A DNA stretch of 21,529 nt from Candidatus Eiseniibacteriota bacterium (lineage in GTDB: Bacteria; Eisenbacteria; RBG-16-71-46). The notes under the pieces are model-generated. The model did not search any database and was not told where the DNA came from. It saw only the letters and a program-made list of their open reading frames with translations. The position numbers and the translations under genes are program-made. Of this stretch, positions 1 through 9,135 are shown in pieces (the first letter of the stretch is position 1; each line of letters opens with the position of its first letter). The stretch covers positions 1-21,529 of the forward strand of contig JBBRLX010000045.1 in assembly GCA_038231135.1 (NCBI GenBank), given 5' to 3'.

Positions 1-444
1 GGTCGACGTGACGGTGAATCCGGTCGCGCCGGCCTGCCTGATCTCCGGTCCGACGACGATCTGCCAGGGCCAGACCGCACACCTGTGCGGCCCGGCGGGG
101 GCGCTGTCCTACCAGTGGAGCAGCGGCGAGACGACGCAGTGCATCGATGTCACCGTCGCGGGTCACTACGCGCTGACGGTGAACAAGGACGCGGCGTGCG
201 GCTCGACGAACTGTGCGGTCGACGTGACGGTGAATCCGGTCGCGCCGGCCTGCCTGATCTCCGGTCCGACGACGATCTGCCAGGGCCAGACCGCACACCT
301 GTGCGGTCCGGTGGGTGCGCTGTCCTACCAGTGGAGCAGCGGCGAGACGACGCAGTGCATCGATGTCACCGTCGCGGGCCACTACGCGCTGACGGTGAAC
401 AAGGACGCGGCGTGCGGCTCGACGAACTGTGCGGTCGACGTGAC
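1..444 (+). repeat. In-frame tandem repeat, 216-bp unit (72 aa): copies at 1-216 and 217-432, plus a short partial copy from 433
   Basis: ggtcgacgtgac recurs at 1, 217 and 433. By eye the two full copies differ at about 4 nt, giving one amino-acid change (GPAGA vs GPVGA). Confidence 0.95.
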
Positions 445-2029
445 CGTGATCCCGCCGCCGCCGTGCGCGATCTCGGGTCCGACGGAGATCTGCTGCGGTG
501 GCACGGGCCAGCTGTGCGGCCCCGACGGTAACTACACGTACCTGTGGAGCACCGGCGAGATCTCGCGCTGCATCGTCGTGAACGCTGCCGGCACCTACAC
601 GCTGCAGGTTCGCAATGTCGGCACGTCGTGCGTGTCGACGACCTGCTCGCAGACGGTGACGATGCGTACGCCGGTGATCTGCGACATCACCGGTCCGGAC
701 CTGCTGCCGATCGGACAGACCGCGACGCTGTGCGGCAACGACAACCACGACTGGATCTACACCTGGAGCACGGGCGACACCACGAGCTGCATCACGATCA
801 CCGAGCCCGGCACGTACCGGCTCAAGGTGACCGACCGCGTCTCGGGTCGCACCAGCCAGGGCTGCTCGAAGACGGTGTACGAGACGCAGCCCACGCCGAT
901 CCCGTGCCGCTGCAGCATCCTCTACCCGGACAGCAGCAACTGCCCGCGTTCACTGGCGCCGTTCAACGAGTCGAAGATCGTTCGCGCCATCCTGCCGGGC
1001 CGCTCGGGCTGCGTGAGCGACGGCAAGCTCAAGGTCTGGTACAACGACGAGAAGGCGTTCGGCATGGGCATCCGCCGTGTCGTCATCAAGAACTCGGCGA
1101 CCGATTCGACGATCACGGACTATCCTACGACCCCGAGTCCGGCAACGCCGGGCTGTGTCGATCATCCGTCGTTCGGCGCCACCGCGCAGACCGGCGACCA
1201 GGTCGGCAACGACACGGCGGTCGACGGCGGACGTCCGGAGTGGCCGGTGCTGTATGTCAGCGACATCACGACGGATCCGGCCAACCGGGCGGGTGACTGG
1301 CAGCAGGGCGGCACGGGTGGCATCGCTGCCCACCGCGTGTGCGGCGTGTGGACGTACGGCATCCGCCGCGTCGACAAGACCGTGACGCCGAACAAGGTCA
1401 CGATCTCGATGGATCCGAGCCCGGCGAAGAATCACTGGAACCTGGGATCCTCCGATCCGCTGCCCGATTCCGTGGGCGTGGACGAGGGCTATGGCGCCGA
1501 GATCTCGTGGAATCTGAACGAGCTCGGGCTGCAGCCGGGTCACAGCTACCGCCTGTACTTCATGATCCACGACGGTGATCAGTCGATCGCCACCGGCGGC
1601 GACGTCGGTCACGGCTGCACGCGGGTCAGCGTGGCGGCGAACGGTCAGGTCGTGGTCCAGAACGCGTCGAGCCTGGTGACGCCTGGGTCGGGCGCCCGGA
1701 TGGTTCCGGTGGCTGCGGCGTCCGCGCCGCTCCAGTTCGAGCTCGGTCAGAACCGCCCGAATCCGTTCCGTCTGGGTTCGCGCACGACGATCACGTTCGC
1801 GCTGCCGGAGCAGAGCCACGTGAGCGTCAACGTGTTCTCGATCCAGGGCCAGCGGGTGGCCACGCTCGCGGATGGTTCGTTCGCGGCCGGTGTGCGCACG
1901 CTGGAATGGAACGGCACCGATGCGACGGGACGGATGCTCGCCCCGGGCCTCTACGTCTGCAAGATGTCCGCGAGCTCGGTGAACTCGAACGGGTTCCGCC
2001 AGGTCCGCAAGATGATGATGATCCAGTAG
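1..2029 (+). CDS. Large secreted Cys-rich Ig/PKD-like repeat protein with C-terminal FlgD-Ig-like (T9SS type A-like) tail; 5'-truncated by the window edge
   Basis: The frame is open from the window start to TAG at 2027-2029. It has four ~72-aa repeats (C.ISGPT.IC.G....LCG....Y.WS[ST]GE...CI.V..AG.Y.L.V). The C-terminus is FELGQNRPNPF...TTITFALP...VSVNVFSIQGQRVATL...LEWNGTDATGRMLAPGLY...RKMMMIQ, typical of FlgD-Ig/secretion tails. Confidence 0.85.
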   Translation, partial: VDVTVNPVAPACLISGPTTICQGQTAHLCGPAGALSYQWSSGETTQCIDVTVAGHYALTVNKDAACGSTNCAVDVTVNPVAPACLISGPTTICQGQTAHLCGPVGALSYQWSSGETTQCIDVTVAGHYALTVNKDAACGSTNCAVDVTVIPPPPCAISGPTEICCGGTGQLCGPDGNYTYLWSTGEISRCIVVNAAGTYTLQVRNVGTSCVSTTCSQTVTMRTPVICDITGPDLLPIGQTATLCGNDNHDWIYTWSTGDTTSCITITEPGTYRLKVTDRVSGRTSQGCSKTVYETQPTPIPCRCSILYPDSSNCPRSLAPFNESKIVRAILPGRSGCVSDGKLKVWYNDEKAFGMGIRRVVIKNSATDSTITDYPTTPSPATPGCVDHPSFGATAQTGDQVGNDTAVDGGRPEWPVLYVSDITTDPANRAGDWQQGGTGGIAAHRVCGVWTYGIRRVDKTVTPNKVTISMDPSPAKNHWNLGSSDPLPDSVGVDEGYGAEISWNLNELGLQPGHSYRLYFMIHDGDQSIATGGDVGHGCTRVSVAANGQVVVQNASSLVTPGSGARMVPVAAASAPLQFELGQNRPNPFRLGSRTTITFALPEQSHVSVNVFSIQGQRVATLADGSFAAGVRTLEWNGTDATGRMLAPGLYVCKMSASSVNSNGFRQVRKMMMIQ

Positions 2030-2056
2030 CTTCGCATCACAGCAGTCGCAATCCGG

Positions 2057-2089
2057 AACGGGCGGGTCCTTTAGGGATCCGCCCGTTTT
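2057..2089 (+). terminator. Rho-independent terminator
   Basis: Stem aacgggcgggtcc / ggatccgcccgtt (one G-U pair) ending in a T run, about 30 nt after the stop codon of the first CDS. Confidence 0.75.
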
Positions 2090-2137
2090 CGCGTGTGCGC
2101 TGGCGGAACACGATTCGTCCGGGCTAGTCTCCGCCAC

Positions 2138-2743
2138 ATGTCACCCATCGAAACCACCGTCGTCCTGGTCGTGGTCATCGGCGCCGCGGCGGTCCTGGTG
2201 AAATCGTTCTCGCGCGATGGTTCCAGCCGCGCCCGTGCCGGCGAGGTGGATCCCGTGGATGCGCTGCTGGCCGAGGTGTCCGGCGCCGACCCCGACACCG
2301 CGGGTGAAACGGTCGCCGTGACCGACGAGGGGTGGGCGTTCGTTCCCGACGGCCACGAGGTGGCGCTGGTGCCTCACCGGCTCGCCGGTGGCGGCGAGGA
2401 CCCGGCGGCGGGGTTCGATGCCGGTCCGGATCCGCACGGCCCCGGTGGGGGCGGGGGACGCTTCGAGGTGGGCGAGTTGATCGGCGCCCGGGTCCGCCGC
2501 GGTGATCCCAACCACGATCCGTGGCGCCTCGAGGCGCTGGGACGCGACGGCGACTACCGGGCGTGGTTCTTCGTGACCGAAGAGGCGGCGCAGGCCGCGT
2601 TCGATTTGCTGAACCGGCGCATCGTGCGACCGCTGCGCGACGAGGACGGGGAGCTGCGCCCGCCCACGGCGGCCGAGTTCGAGGATGCCCGCCGCATCGA
2701 GGAGGAGACCGAGCGCGCGCTCGACGCCCCGGACGAGCCGTGA
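2138..2743 (+). CDS. Hypothetical acidic protein with N-terminal membrane anchor (201 aa)
   Basis: ATG at 2138 is followed at once by hydrophobic TTVVLVVVIGAAAVLV, and the codons are GC3-biased. The 2093 start in the ORF track lies directly after the upstream terminator and upstream of the likely -10 element, so it is less likely. Confidence 0.7.
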   Translation: MSPIETTVVLVVVIGAAAVLVKSFSRDGSSRARAGEVDPVDALLAEVSGADPDTAGETVAVTDEGWAFVPDGHEVALVPHRLAGGGEDPAAGFDAGPDPHGPGGGGGRFEVGELIGARVRRGDPNHDPWRLEALGRDGDYRAWFFVTEEAAQAAFDLLNRRIVRPLRDEDGELRPPTAAEFEDARRIEEETERALDAPDEP

Positions 2744-2916
2744 GGCCCGGCGTCGCGGGCTCATGTGCCCTCGGGCGCCCGCCGTCGCGGGACGCGCCGC
2801 CGCGGTGACGGTGGTTGTGGCGCCTGTTCCGGAGCGCCGCTATAGTCGCCGCGATCCGGCTGTAGCCGCTGGGAACGCGCCGGGAGGGCAGCACTGATCC
2901 CTTCACGAGGAGCCAC

Positions 2917-3783
2917 ATGCAACGCAGGATTCGCGTTCTGGTCGGGAAACCCGGTCTCGACGGCCACGATCGCGGCGCCAAGGTCGTTGCCGCGGCGCTG
3001 CGCGACGCCGGTATGGAAGTGATCTACACCGGTCTGCACCAGACCTCGGAGCAGATCGTCGAGGCCGCGCTGCAGGAGGACGTCGACGTGGTGGCGTTGT
3101 CGATCCTGTCCGGCGCCCACATGACCCAGTTCCCCGAGGTGCTCGAGTTGATGCGCGCGCGCGGACTCGGCGACCGGCTGCTCACGGGCGGCGGCATCAT
3201 CCCGCCGGACGACATGGAAACGCTCGCCCGCCGGGGCGTGGGGAAGCTGTTCGGGCCCGGGTCCTCGACGCAGGACATCGTGCAGTTCATACGCGGCTGG
3301 TTCGCCGGGCAGCATGGCGAGGACTCGCTGTCGCCACTGCCGCCGCCGCGCGAGCTCGATCCGGTGCGCGCGGCCTACGCGGCGTCCGGGACGCATGGTG
3401 CACGGCGCACTGCGGCGCCGCAGCACTCGCGGACGGCGTCCGCGGCAGGCCGGCGCACCGCCACCGCGCCCGCACGGGCGGAGCCGGTCGCGAAGCGCGC
3501 CGCGAAGGCTGCAGCGGCCCGCCACCGGGTTCCGAAGCGCGCCACGGTGCGGCCTGCGGTCGTGAAGCGCGCCGTTCCGAAGCGGAAGCCCGCGACCGCG
3601 AAGCGTGCGGCGGCACGGCCCCCTGCTGCGCGGGCCGCGGCCCCGAAGCGCGCGGCCGCCCGCCGCGCGGCCCCGAAGCGCGCGAAGTCAGGCCGCACCT
3701 CCGCCGTGCGTGCGGCGACCGTACGGACTTCACCCCGGCGAACCGCATCGCGCCGCGGGACGCAGGCGGCACGACGCCGCTGA
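2917..3783 (+). CDS. Cobalamin (B12)-binding subunit of an acyl-CoA mutase (methylmalonyl-/isobutyryl-CoA mutase small-subunit type) with a long K/R/A/P-rich C-terminal extension
   Basis: [40 protein letters not shown] carries the DxHxxG base-off/His-on motif, followed by LSILSGAH and GGGIIP. RBS gaggag precedes the ATG. The last ~150 aa are low-complexity and basic. Confidence 0.9.
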   Translation: MQRRIRVLVGKPGLDGHDRGAKVVAAALRDAGMEVIYTGLHQTSEQIVEAALQEDVDVVALSILSGAHMTQFPEVLELMRARGLGDRLLTGGGIIPPDDMETLARRGVGKLFGPGSSTQDIVQFIRGWFAGQHGEDSLSPLPPPRELDPVRAAYAASGTHGARRTAAPQHSRTASAAGRRTATAPARAEPVAKRAAKAAAARHRVPKRATVRPAVVKRAVPKRKPATAKRAAARPPAARAAAPKRAAARRAAPKRAKSGRTSAVRAATVRTSPRRTASRRGTQAARRR

Positions 3784-3800
3784 CGCCCGACGGCCCGCGG

Positions 3801-4388
3801 GTGGTCGCGCTGAACGGCAGCCCGGTGCGCGGCAGCAGCGTCGAACGGCTGGTCGAAGCGTTGTGCGCCGGCGTCGCCGCGGCCGGCGGCCGCCCCCAGC
3901 ACCTGCGGTGCGCGGAGCTCAACGTCGTGGCCTGCCAGGCCTGCGGACCCGAGCCCACCTCCGAGTACTGCGTGTACCACGACGACATGGACACGGTGTT
4001 CGAAGCCCTCCACGACGCCCACGCCGTCATCGTCGCGTCACCGGTGTATTTCGACACGGTGAGCGCCCAGCTCAAGCGGGTGATCGACCGGTGCAACTGC
4101 ATCACGCCGCTGGTGAGGCTCGAAGGCGGCGGTTACGACTGCGTGCCGCGCTGGGCCCGCACGCGCCGCGGCATCTTCGTCGCGACCTGCAGCTCGGCCC
4201 ATCGCTACGATCTCGCCGAGCGCAGCGTCCGCGGCTTCCTCAAGTGGGTGGGGGCGAAGTGGGAGGAGACGCTGGTCTGGCAGCACGAGGACAACGTCGT
4301 CGGCAGCGTGCAGTCGGACCCGGAGCTGCTCGCCCGGGCGGCCGCCTTGGGCCGGCGGCTGGTGGCCAGCGCACCGCTCGAAGCCTGA
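3801..4388 (+). CDS. Flavodoxin-fold NAD(P)H-dependent FMN reductase / iron-sulfur flavoprotein-like protein
   Basis: [12 protein letters not shown] (FMN phosphate loop), CQAC...C..HDDM, and [19 protein letters not shown]. The exact start is uncertain (GTG 3801 or CTG 3780). Confidence 0.85.
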   Translation: MVALNGSPVRGSSVERLVEALCAGVAAAGGRPQHLRCAELNVVACQACGPEPTSEYCVYHDDMDTVFEALHDAHAVIVASPVYFDTVSAQLKRVIDRCNCITPLVRLEGGGYDCVPRWARTRRGIFVATCSSAHRYDLAERSVRGFLKWVGAKWEETLVWQHEDNVVGSVQSDPELLARAAALGRRLVASAPLEA

Positions 4389-4494
4389 CGATCGGATTAC
4401 CGCGAATCGCGGCGGCTGCGGTACATTCGATGCTCGCCCCGGCAACCCACACGTACCGACCGGCCCCTGGGCGCCGGCGCAACCCGACGAGCAC

Positions 4495-5652
4495 ATGGAA
4501 TCCACCTCGCTGCTGACCTTGCAGGACGAGCACCTCCAGGTACGCGAAACCGCGCGGCGGTTCGCCGACGAGGTCGTGGCTCCCCGCGCCCGCGACACCG
4601 ACGAGACCGAGACGTTCCCGGCCGACATCGTGAAGCAGATGGCGGAACTGGGGTTCCTGGGGCTGCCCTACCCGGAGAAGTACGGCGGCGCCGGTCTCGA
4701 CACGCTCGCGTACGTGATCGCGGTGGAGGAGATCGCGCGGGCCTGCGGCTCCACGGCGATCACGCTCGCTGCCCACGTGTCGCTCGGCTGCGGCCCCGTC
4801 GCCGCGTTCGGCACCGAGGACCAGAAGCAGCGCTTCCTCGTCCCGATGGCGCGCGGCGAGGCGCTCGGCGCGTTCGGACTCACCGAGCCGAACGCGGGCT
4901 CGGACGCCGCCGGCACCGAGACGCGGGCCGAGAAGGTCGCGGGCGGCTGGCGGGTGACGGGCACCAAGATCTACATCACGAATGGCAGCGTGGCGAAGTA
5001 CATCACGTTCACCGCGCGCACCGACGCCAGCCGCGGGACGAACGGCATCTCCGCGTTCCTGATGGACACGGCGACCCCCGGGTTCAAGGTGGGGAAGAAG
5101 GAAAAGAAGATGGGGCTGCGCGGTTCGGACACCGTGGAGACCGTGTTCGAGGACTGCTTCGTCCCCGACGAGAACCTGCTGGGCGACGCCCAGGGCGGCT
5201 TCAAGGCGTTCATGCGCACGCTCACCGGCGGCCGCATCTCGATTGGCGCGCTCGCGCTGGGGCTTGCGCAGGGCGCCTACGAACACAGCGTGAGGTACTC
5301 GAAGCAGCGGAAGCAGTTCGGCCAGCCGATCGCGAGCTTCCAGGCGATCCAGTTCATGCTCGCCGACATGGCCACGCGCATCGAGGCATCGCGGCTGCTC
5401 GTGTACCAGGCGGCGCAGCTCAAGGATCGCGGCCACGAATACGTGAAGCAGGCGTCGATGGCGAAGCTGTTCGCGAGCGAATCCGCGAACTGGGTCACGG
5501 ACAAGGCGATCCAGATCCACGGGGGCATGGGCTACTGCCGCGACGTGCCGGTCGAACGGATGCATCGCGACGCGAAGCTGATGGAGATCGGTGAAGGTAC
5601 GAGCGAGATCCAGCGAATGGTGATCGCCCGCGAATTGCTGCGCGGCGAGTGA
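4495..5652 (+). CDS. Acyl-CoA dehydrogenase (short/branched-chain, butyryl-CoA dehydrogenase-like)
   Basis: [59 protein letters not shown] and [11 protein letters not shown] motifs. Confidence 0.95.
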   Translation: MESTSLLTLQDEHLQVRETARRFADEVVAPRARDTDETETFPADIVKQMAELGFLGLPYPEKYGGAGLDTLAYVIAVEEIARACGSTAITLAAHVSLGCGPVAAFGTEDQKQRFLVPMARGEALGAFGLTEPNAGSDAAGTETRAEKVAGGWRVTGTKIYITNGSVAKYITFTARTDASRGTNGISAFLMDTATPGFKVGKKEKKMGLRGSDTVETVFEDCFVPDENLLGDAQGGFKAFMRTLTGGRISIGALALGLAQGAYEHSVRYSKQRKQFGQPIASFQAIQFMLADMATRIEASRLLVYQAAQLKDRGHEYVKQASMAKLFASESANWVTDKAIQIHGGMGYCRDVPVERMHRDAKLMEIGEGTSEIQRMVIARELLRGE

Positions 5653-5689
5653 CCGGCGCGCGCGGCGCCACGCGGAGGGCTGCGCAGCC

Positions 5690-6883
5690 ATGACTGCTCC
5701 CACGGAAACCCCGACGATGCGGTGGTCCTCCGCGTCCTCCGAGCTGGCCGACAGCGAATTCGCGGCCGAGGACGCCGCCACCCGGGCGCTCGAGGACCTG
5801 GGTCCGGGACCCGTCGATCTGGCGCTGGTGTTCTTCAGCGCTCAGCACGTGCCGCACGCGCAGGCGATCGCCGATACGCTGCGACGGATCCTGGCGCCCG
5901 CCTGCCTGATGGGGGCCAGCGCTCATGGTGTCGTCACGTCGGAGCACGAGCTGGAGGGGGGGCCGTCGCTCAATGTGATCGCGGCACGGCTGCCCGGCGT
6001 CGAGCTGCAGCCGTTCGTCGCGCTGCGCGAATCCTGGAACCAGGCGGTGCTGGACCCGGAGGAGTTCGCGCGCACCGCGCCCGGCGCCGCGAACGCCGAG
6101 CTCGTGATCCTGCTCGCCGATCCGTTCTCGCTGCCGGTCGATCATGTGCTGCACGCGTTCAACCGGCACGCGCCGGGCGTGCGTATCGTCGGTGGCATGG
6201 CCAGCGCCGGCGTGCGGCCCGGGTCGAACGCATTGATCCTGAACGACTGGATCGCGAACGAAGGCGGCGTGGCGCTGGCGCTCAATGGCGCGCTGCGCGT
6301 CGACGTCGTGGTGTCGCAGGGCTGCCATGCCATCGGCCCGCCGCTCGAGGTGACGCGCGCCGAGGGCAACGTGCTGGTCGAGCTCGACGGACAGCCCGCG
6401 CTCGAGCGCGCGGAGCAGGTGCTGCTCGAGCTGACCGACGTTCAGCGCGAACAGCTCAAGAACGGGCTCTACGTGGGCCGCCCGGTGCGCGCGGGCGCCG
6501 AGGGCCCCGGCGACTATCTGATCCGCAACCTGCTCGGCGCCGACCGTGACCGCGGCGTCATCGCGATCGGCGATCACGCCGTGCGGCGCGAGCGCATCCG
6601 TCTGCACGTGCGCGATGCCGGCAGCGCGCGGCAGGACCTCGAGTTGCTGCTGTCGCCACAGACTTTCGACAGCCACGCCCACGCGGCCCTGCTGTTCCCG
6701 TGCAACAGCCGCGGCCGCGGCCTCTACGGCACGCCGGACTGCGACATCGCCACGCTGCAGTCGGTGCTCGGCGACGTGCCCGTGGCCGGGATGTTCTGCG
6801 CGGGCGAGATCGGCCCGGTCGGCGGCCGCAACTACGTGCACGGCCACACCGCCAGCATCGCGATCGTCCGGCCACGGGTCTAG
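5690..6883 (+). CDS. Stand-alone FIST N/FIST C domain protein (small-ligand sensory)
   Basis: LLADPFS, IVGGMAS, VVSQGC..IG, ELDGQPAL, YLIRNLLGAD, ALLFPCNSRGRGLYG and GMFCAGEIGPVGGRNYVHGHTASI. RBS ggaggg lies upstream. Confidence 0.88.
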   Translation: MTAPTETPTMRWSSASSELADSEFAAEDAATRALEDLGPGPVDLALVFFSAQHVPHAQAIADTLRRILAPACLMGASAHGVVTSEHELEGGPSLNVIAARLPGVELQPFVALRESWNQAVLDPEEFARTAPGAANAELVILLADPFSLPVDHVLHAFNRHAPGVRIVGGMASAGVRPGSNALILNDWIANEGGVALALNGALRVDVVVSQGCHAIGPPLEVTRAEGNVLVELDGQPALERAEQVLLELTDVQREQLKNGLYVGRPVRAGAEGPGDYLIRNLLGADRDRGVIAIGDHAVRRERIRLHVRDAGSARQDLELLLSPQTFDSHAHAALLFPCNSRGRGLYGTPDCDIATLQSVLGDVPVAGMFCAGEIGPVGGRNYVHGHTASIAIVRPRV

Positions 6884-6999
6884 GACCGCCCCCCCTTCAG
6901 AGCGCCGCCGCCACCGCCGATAACCGGGCAGACGGTACGAATTCAGACGGCTGGATCGCGCCCGTTTTCGGCCGAATTCCCCATCCCGGTGGAGACCCG

Positions 7000-9135
7000 T
7001 TGCCCGTGGCGTTCGAACCTCGAATCTCCGGCTTTCGCCGCACGGCGTCCGGGTCCTGGCTGCTCAAGGCCGGGCTGCTGCTGACGCTGGTGGTGCTGCT
7101 CGCCCACGCGTGGCAGTACCGGTTCCTCACCGACGACGCGTATATTTCGTTCCGCTACGCGCGGAATCTGAGCCAGGGCCAGGGCCTGGTGTTCAACCCC
7201 GGCATGGAGCGCGTCGAGGGCTACAGCAACTTCCTGTGGGTGCTGGGGCTCGCGGCGCTCGACCGGATGGGCGTGGCGCCCGAGCGGGCGGCGAATCCGC
7301 TGAGCCTGCTGTTCACGGTCGCGCTGTGGGCGTTGCTCGCGGCGTTCCTGTGGCAGCGCCATCGCCGCACGCGCGACTGGTGGCTGCTGGTGCCGCTCGC
7401 GGCGCTCGCCGCGTGCCGCAGTTTTGCCGTGTGGTCGACCGGCGGTCTCGAGACGCGCCTGTTCGAGCTGCTGGTCGTGGCCGGCGTGCTGCGGCTGGTG
7501 CACGAGATGGAGGGGCACCACGTACGCCCGCCGCTGCCGCTCGGCGCCGCACTGCTCGGGCTCGCGGCGCTCACGCGTCCCGATGGCGTGCTGATCGCCG
7601 CGTGCGCGCTGGGTGCGGCAGCCGCGATCGACGCGTCGCGGTACCAGTTCCAGTTCGGCCGGTGGTTCTCGCGCGTGTGGCCGTGCGTCGCACTGGTCGC
7701 GGCGCAGCTGGTGTTCCGTTACGCCTACTATCACGAGTGGGTGCCCAACACCTACTTCGCCAAGGTCGGCGGCCGCATGCTGTGGGGTTCCGGCCTGCGG
7801 TACGTCGCGGCGTTCGTGCTGGAATACGGGCTATGGCTGTGGCTGCCGGTGGTGGCACTGGGCACGACGCTCGCGATTCGCCGCCGCGCGCCGGCGCTGC
7901 CGGCGATCGTGCTGGCGGTGCTGATTCCCCACACGCTGTACGTGATGTCGATCGGCGGCGATCACTTCGAGTACCGGCCCCTCGACCTGTGGTTTCCGCT
8001 GCTCGCGCTGCTGCTCGCCGACGGCTTCGAGGCGTGGAGCGAGCTGCCGCTCGGTACCGCGCTGTCGGCGGCCTACGCCTGCGTGATGCTGGCGGCCGTG
8101 TTCTGGATCCCGGCGGCGAGCCACCGCGAGTTCCCGCACGTCTATACCGCGGCGTTCCCCGGCGATGCGACCGGCAGCGAGGATTCCGCGAGGTTCCTCG
8201 ACCCCGATCGCGACCCGCTGCTCCGGTGGCCGCCGTTTCGCCAGGTGGCCCTCGCGCACCTCGATCTCACACGCTGGCTCACGCGGCACTTCGTCGCGGT
8301 GCGCCAGGAGGAGCACGCGATGTTCCTCGCGAACGCCACCGTCGAAGCCGGCCGCCTGCGCTCGCTGATGGACCGCGGCGTGCTGCCGCGCGACACGTAC
8401 TTCGCCATGAGCAGCGTGGGGGTGATTCCCTACGTCACGAACGCCCGGACGCTCGACCGGCTCGGGCTGACCGACGCCGTGGTCGCGCACGGCCCGTTCC
8501 TGAGCGATCTGATGGCGCATGGCAAGCTGGCGACCATGGACTACGCCCGCCGGCGTGGGGTGGACCTGTGGTTCTGCGATCAGGTGTACGGGCACGCCTC
8601 GCTGCTGTCGCGGCGAATGATGACCGAGGCGATCCTCGCGCGCCGGCAGGGCGAGAACGCGTGGGCGGCCGAGGTCGCGCCCGACACGTTCCTGCTGTGC
8701 CGGCTGCCGCAGGGACCGGCGGCCGCGGCGCGGCGGATGCCGAAGCTTGCCTTCCGGTCACTCACGGATTCGACGTTCTCGAAGTTGTACTTTGCGCGCG
8801 CGATCGAAGCCAGCGAGGGTCAGGTGCGCCGGGATCCGCGCGACGGCGTGGCCCAGGGGCGGCTCGCCGCGCTGTATGTCGCCGATCGCCGATACGCAGA
8901 CGCGGAGCCGCTGTGCCGCGCGATCGTGAGCGCGGCGCCCGGGGATCCCGGGGCGCTCGACCAGTTCGCCGCGTGCCAGCTCGGCCAGGGGAACCTGCAG
9001 GGCGCGGCCATCACGCTCGAGCGCCAGCGCCAGTTGCTGGTTCGCATCGGGGGCAGTCGCAGGGCCGAGGAAGTCGCCCGGAACCTGAACGCGGTCCAGG
9101 CGGAGATCCGGAGTCGCGCGAAACCGATCGACTGA
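7000..9135 (+). CDS. Multi-pass GT-C-type glycosyltransferase-like membrane protein with C-terminal TPR-like repeats
   Basis: TDDAYISFRYARNLSQGQGLVFNPGMERVEGYSNFLW after the first TM helix, then GGLET, LTRPDG, VPNTYFAK, GGD and GVIPY...LDRLGLTD. There are many hydrophobic segments and a C-terminal A..RLAALY...RYADAE.L helical repeat. The start is placed at TTG 7000 (or GTG 7006) after ggag at 6991-6994. Confidence 0.8.
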   Translation: MPVAFEPRISGFRRTASGSWLLKAGLLLTLVVLLAHAWQYRFLTDDAYISFRYARNLSQGQGLVFNPGMERVEGYSNFLWVLGLAALDRMGVAPERAANPLSLLFTVALWALLAAFLWQRHRRTRDWWLLVPLAALAACRSFAVWSTGGLETRLFELLVVAGVLRLVHEMEGHHVRPPLPLGAALLGLAALTRPDGVLIAACALGAAAAIDASRYQFQFGRWFSRVWPCVALVAAQLVFRYAYYHEWVPNTYFAKVGGRMLWGSGLRYVAAFVLEYGLWLWLPVVALGTTLAIRRRAPALPAIVLAVLIPHTLYVMSIGGDHFEYRPLDLWFPLLALLLADGFEAWSELPLGTALSAAYACVMLAAVFWIPAASHREFPHVYTAAFPGDATGSEDSARFLDPDRDPLLRWPPFRQVALAHLDLTRWLTRHFVAVRQEEHAMFLANATVEAGRLRSLMDRGVLPRDTYFAMSSVGVIPYVTNARTLDRLGLTDAVVAHGPFLSDLMAHGKLATMDYARRRGVDLWFCDQVYGHASLLSRRMMTEAILARRQGENAWAAEVAPDTFLLCRLPQGPAAAARRMPKLAFRSLTDSTFSKLYFARAIEASEGQVRRDPRDGVAQGRLAALYVADRRYADAEPLCRAIVSAAPGDPGALDQFAACQLGQGNLQGAAITLERQRQLLVRIGGSRRAEEVARNLNAVQAEIRSRAKPID

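Noticed and set aside
1..444. Tandem repeat as a possible CRISPR array or mobile-element repeat
   Set aside because: The unit is 216 bp, in frame, has no spacers and encodes a protein domain repeat.
2744..2916. Possible cobalamin riboswitch upstream of the B12-binding subunit (contains gggaa and gcactg)
   Set aside because: The conserved core order and spacing (GGGAA-GGTG-AA-TCC...CCC...ACTGT) is not present. An Rfam scan would be needed to overturn this.
6700..6999. N-terminal extension of the 811-aa ORF
   Set aside because: It overlaps the FIST gene, reads as R/P-rich shadow sequence, and an RBS-supported start exists near 7000.
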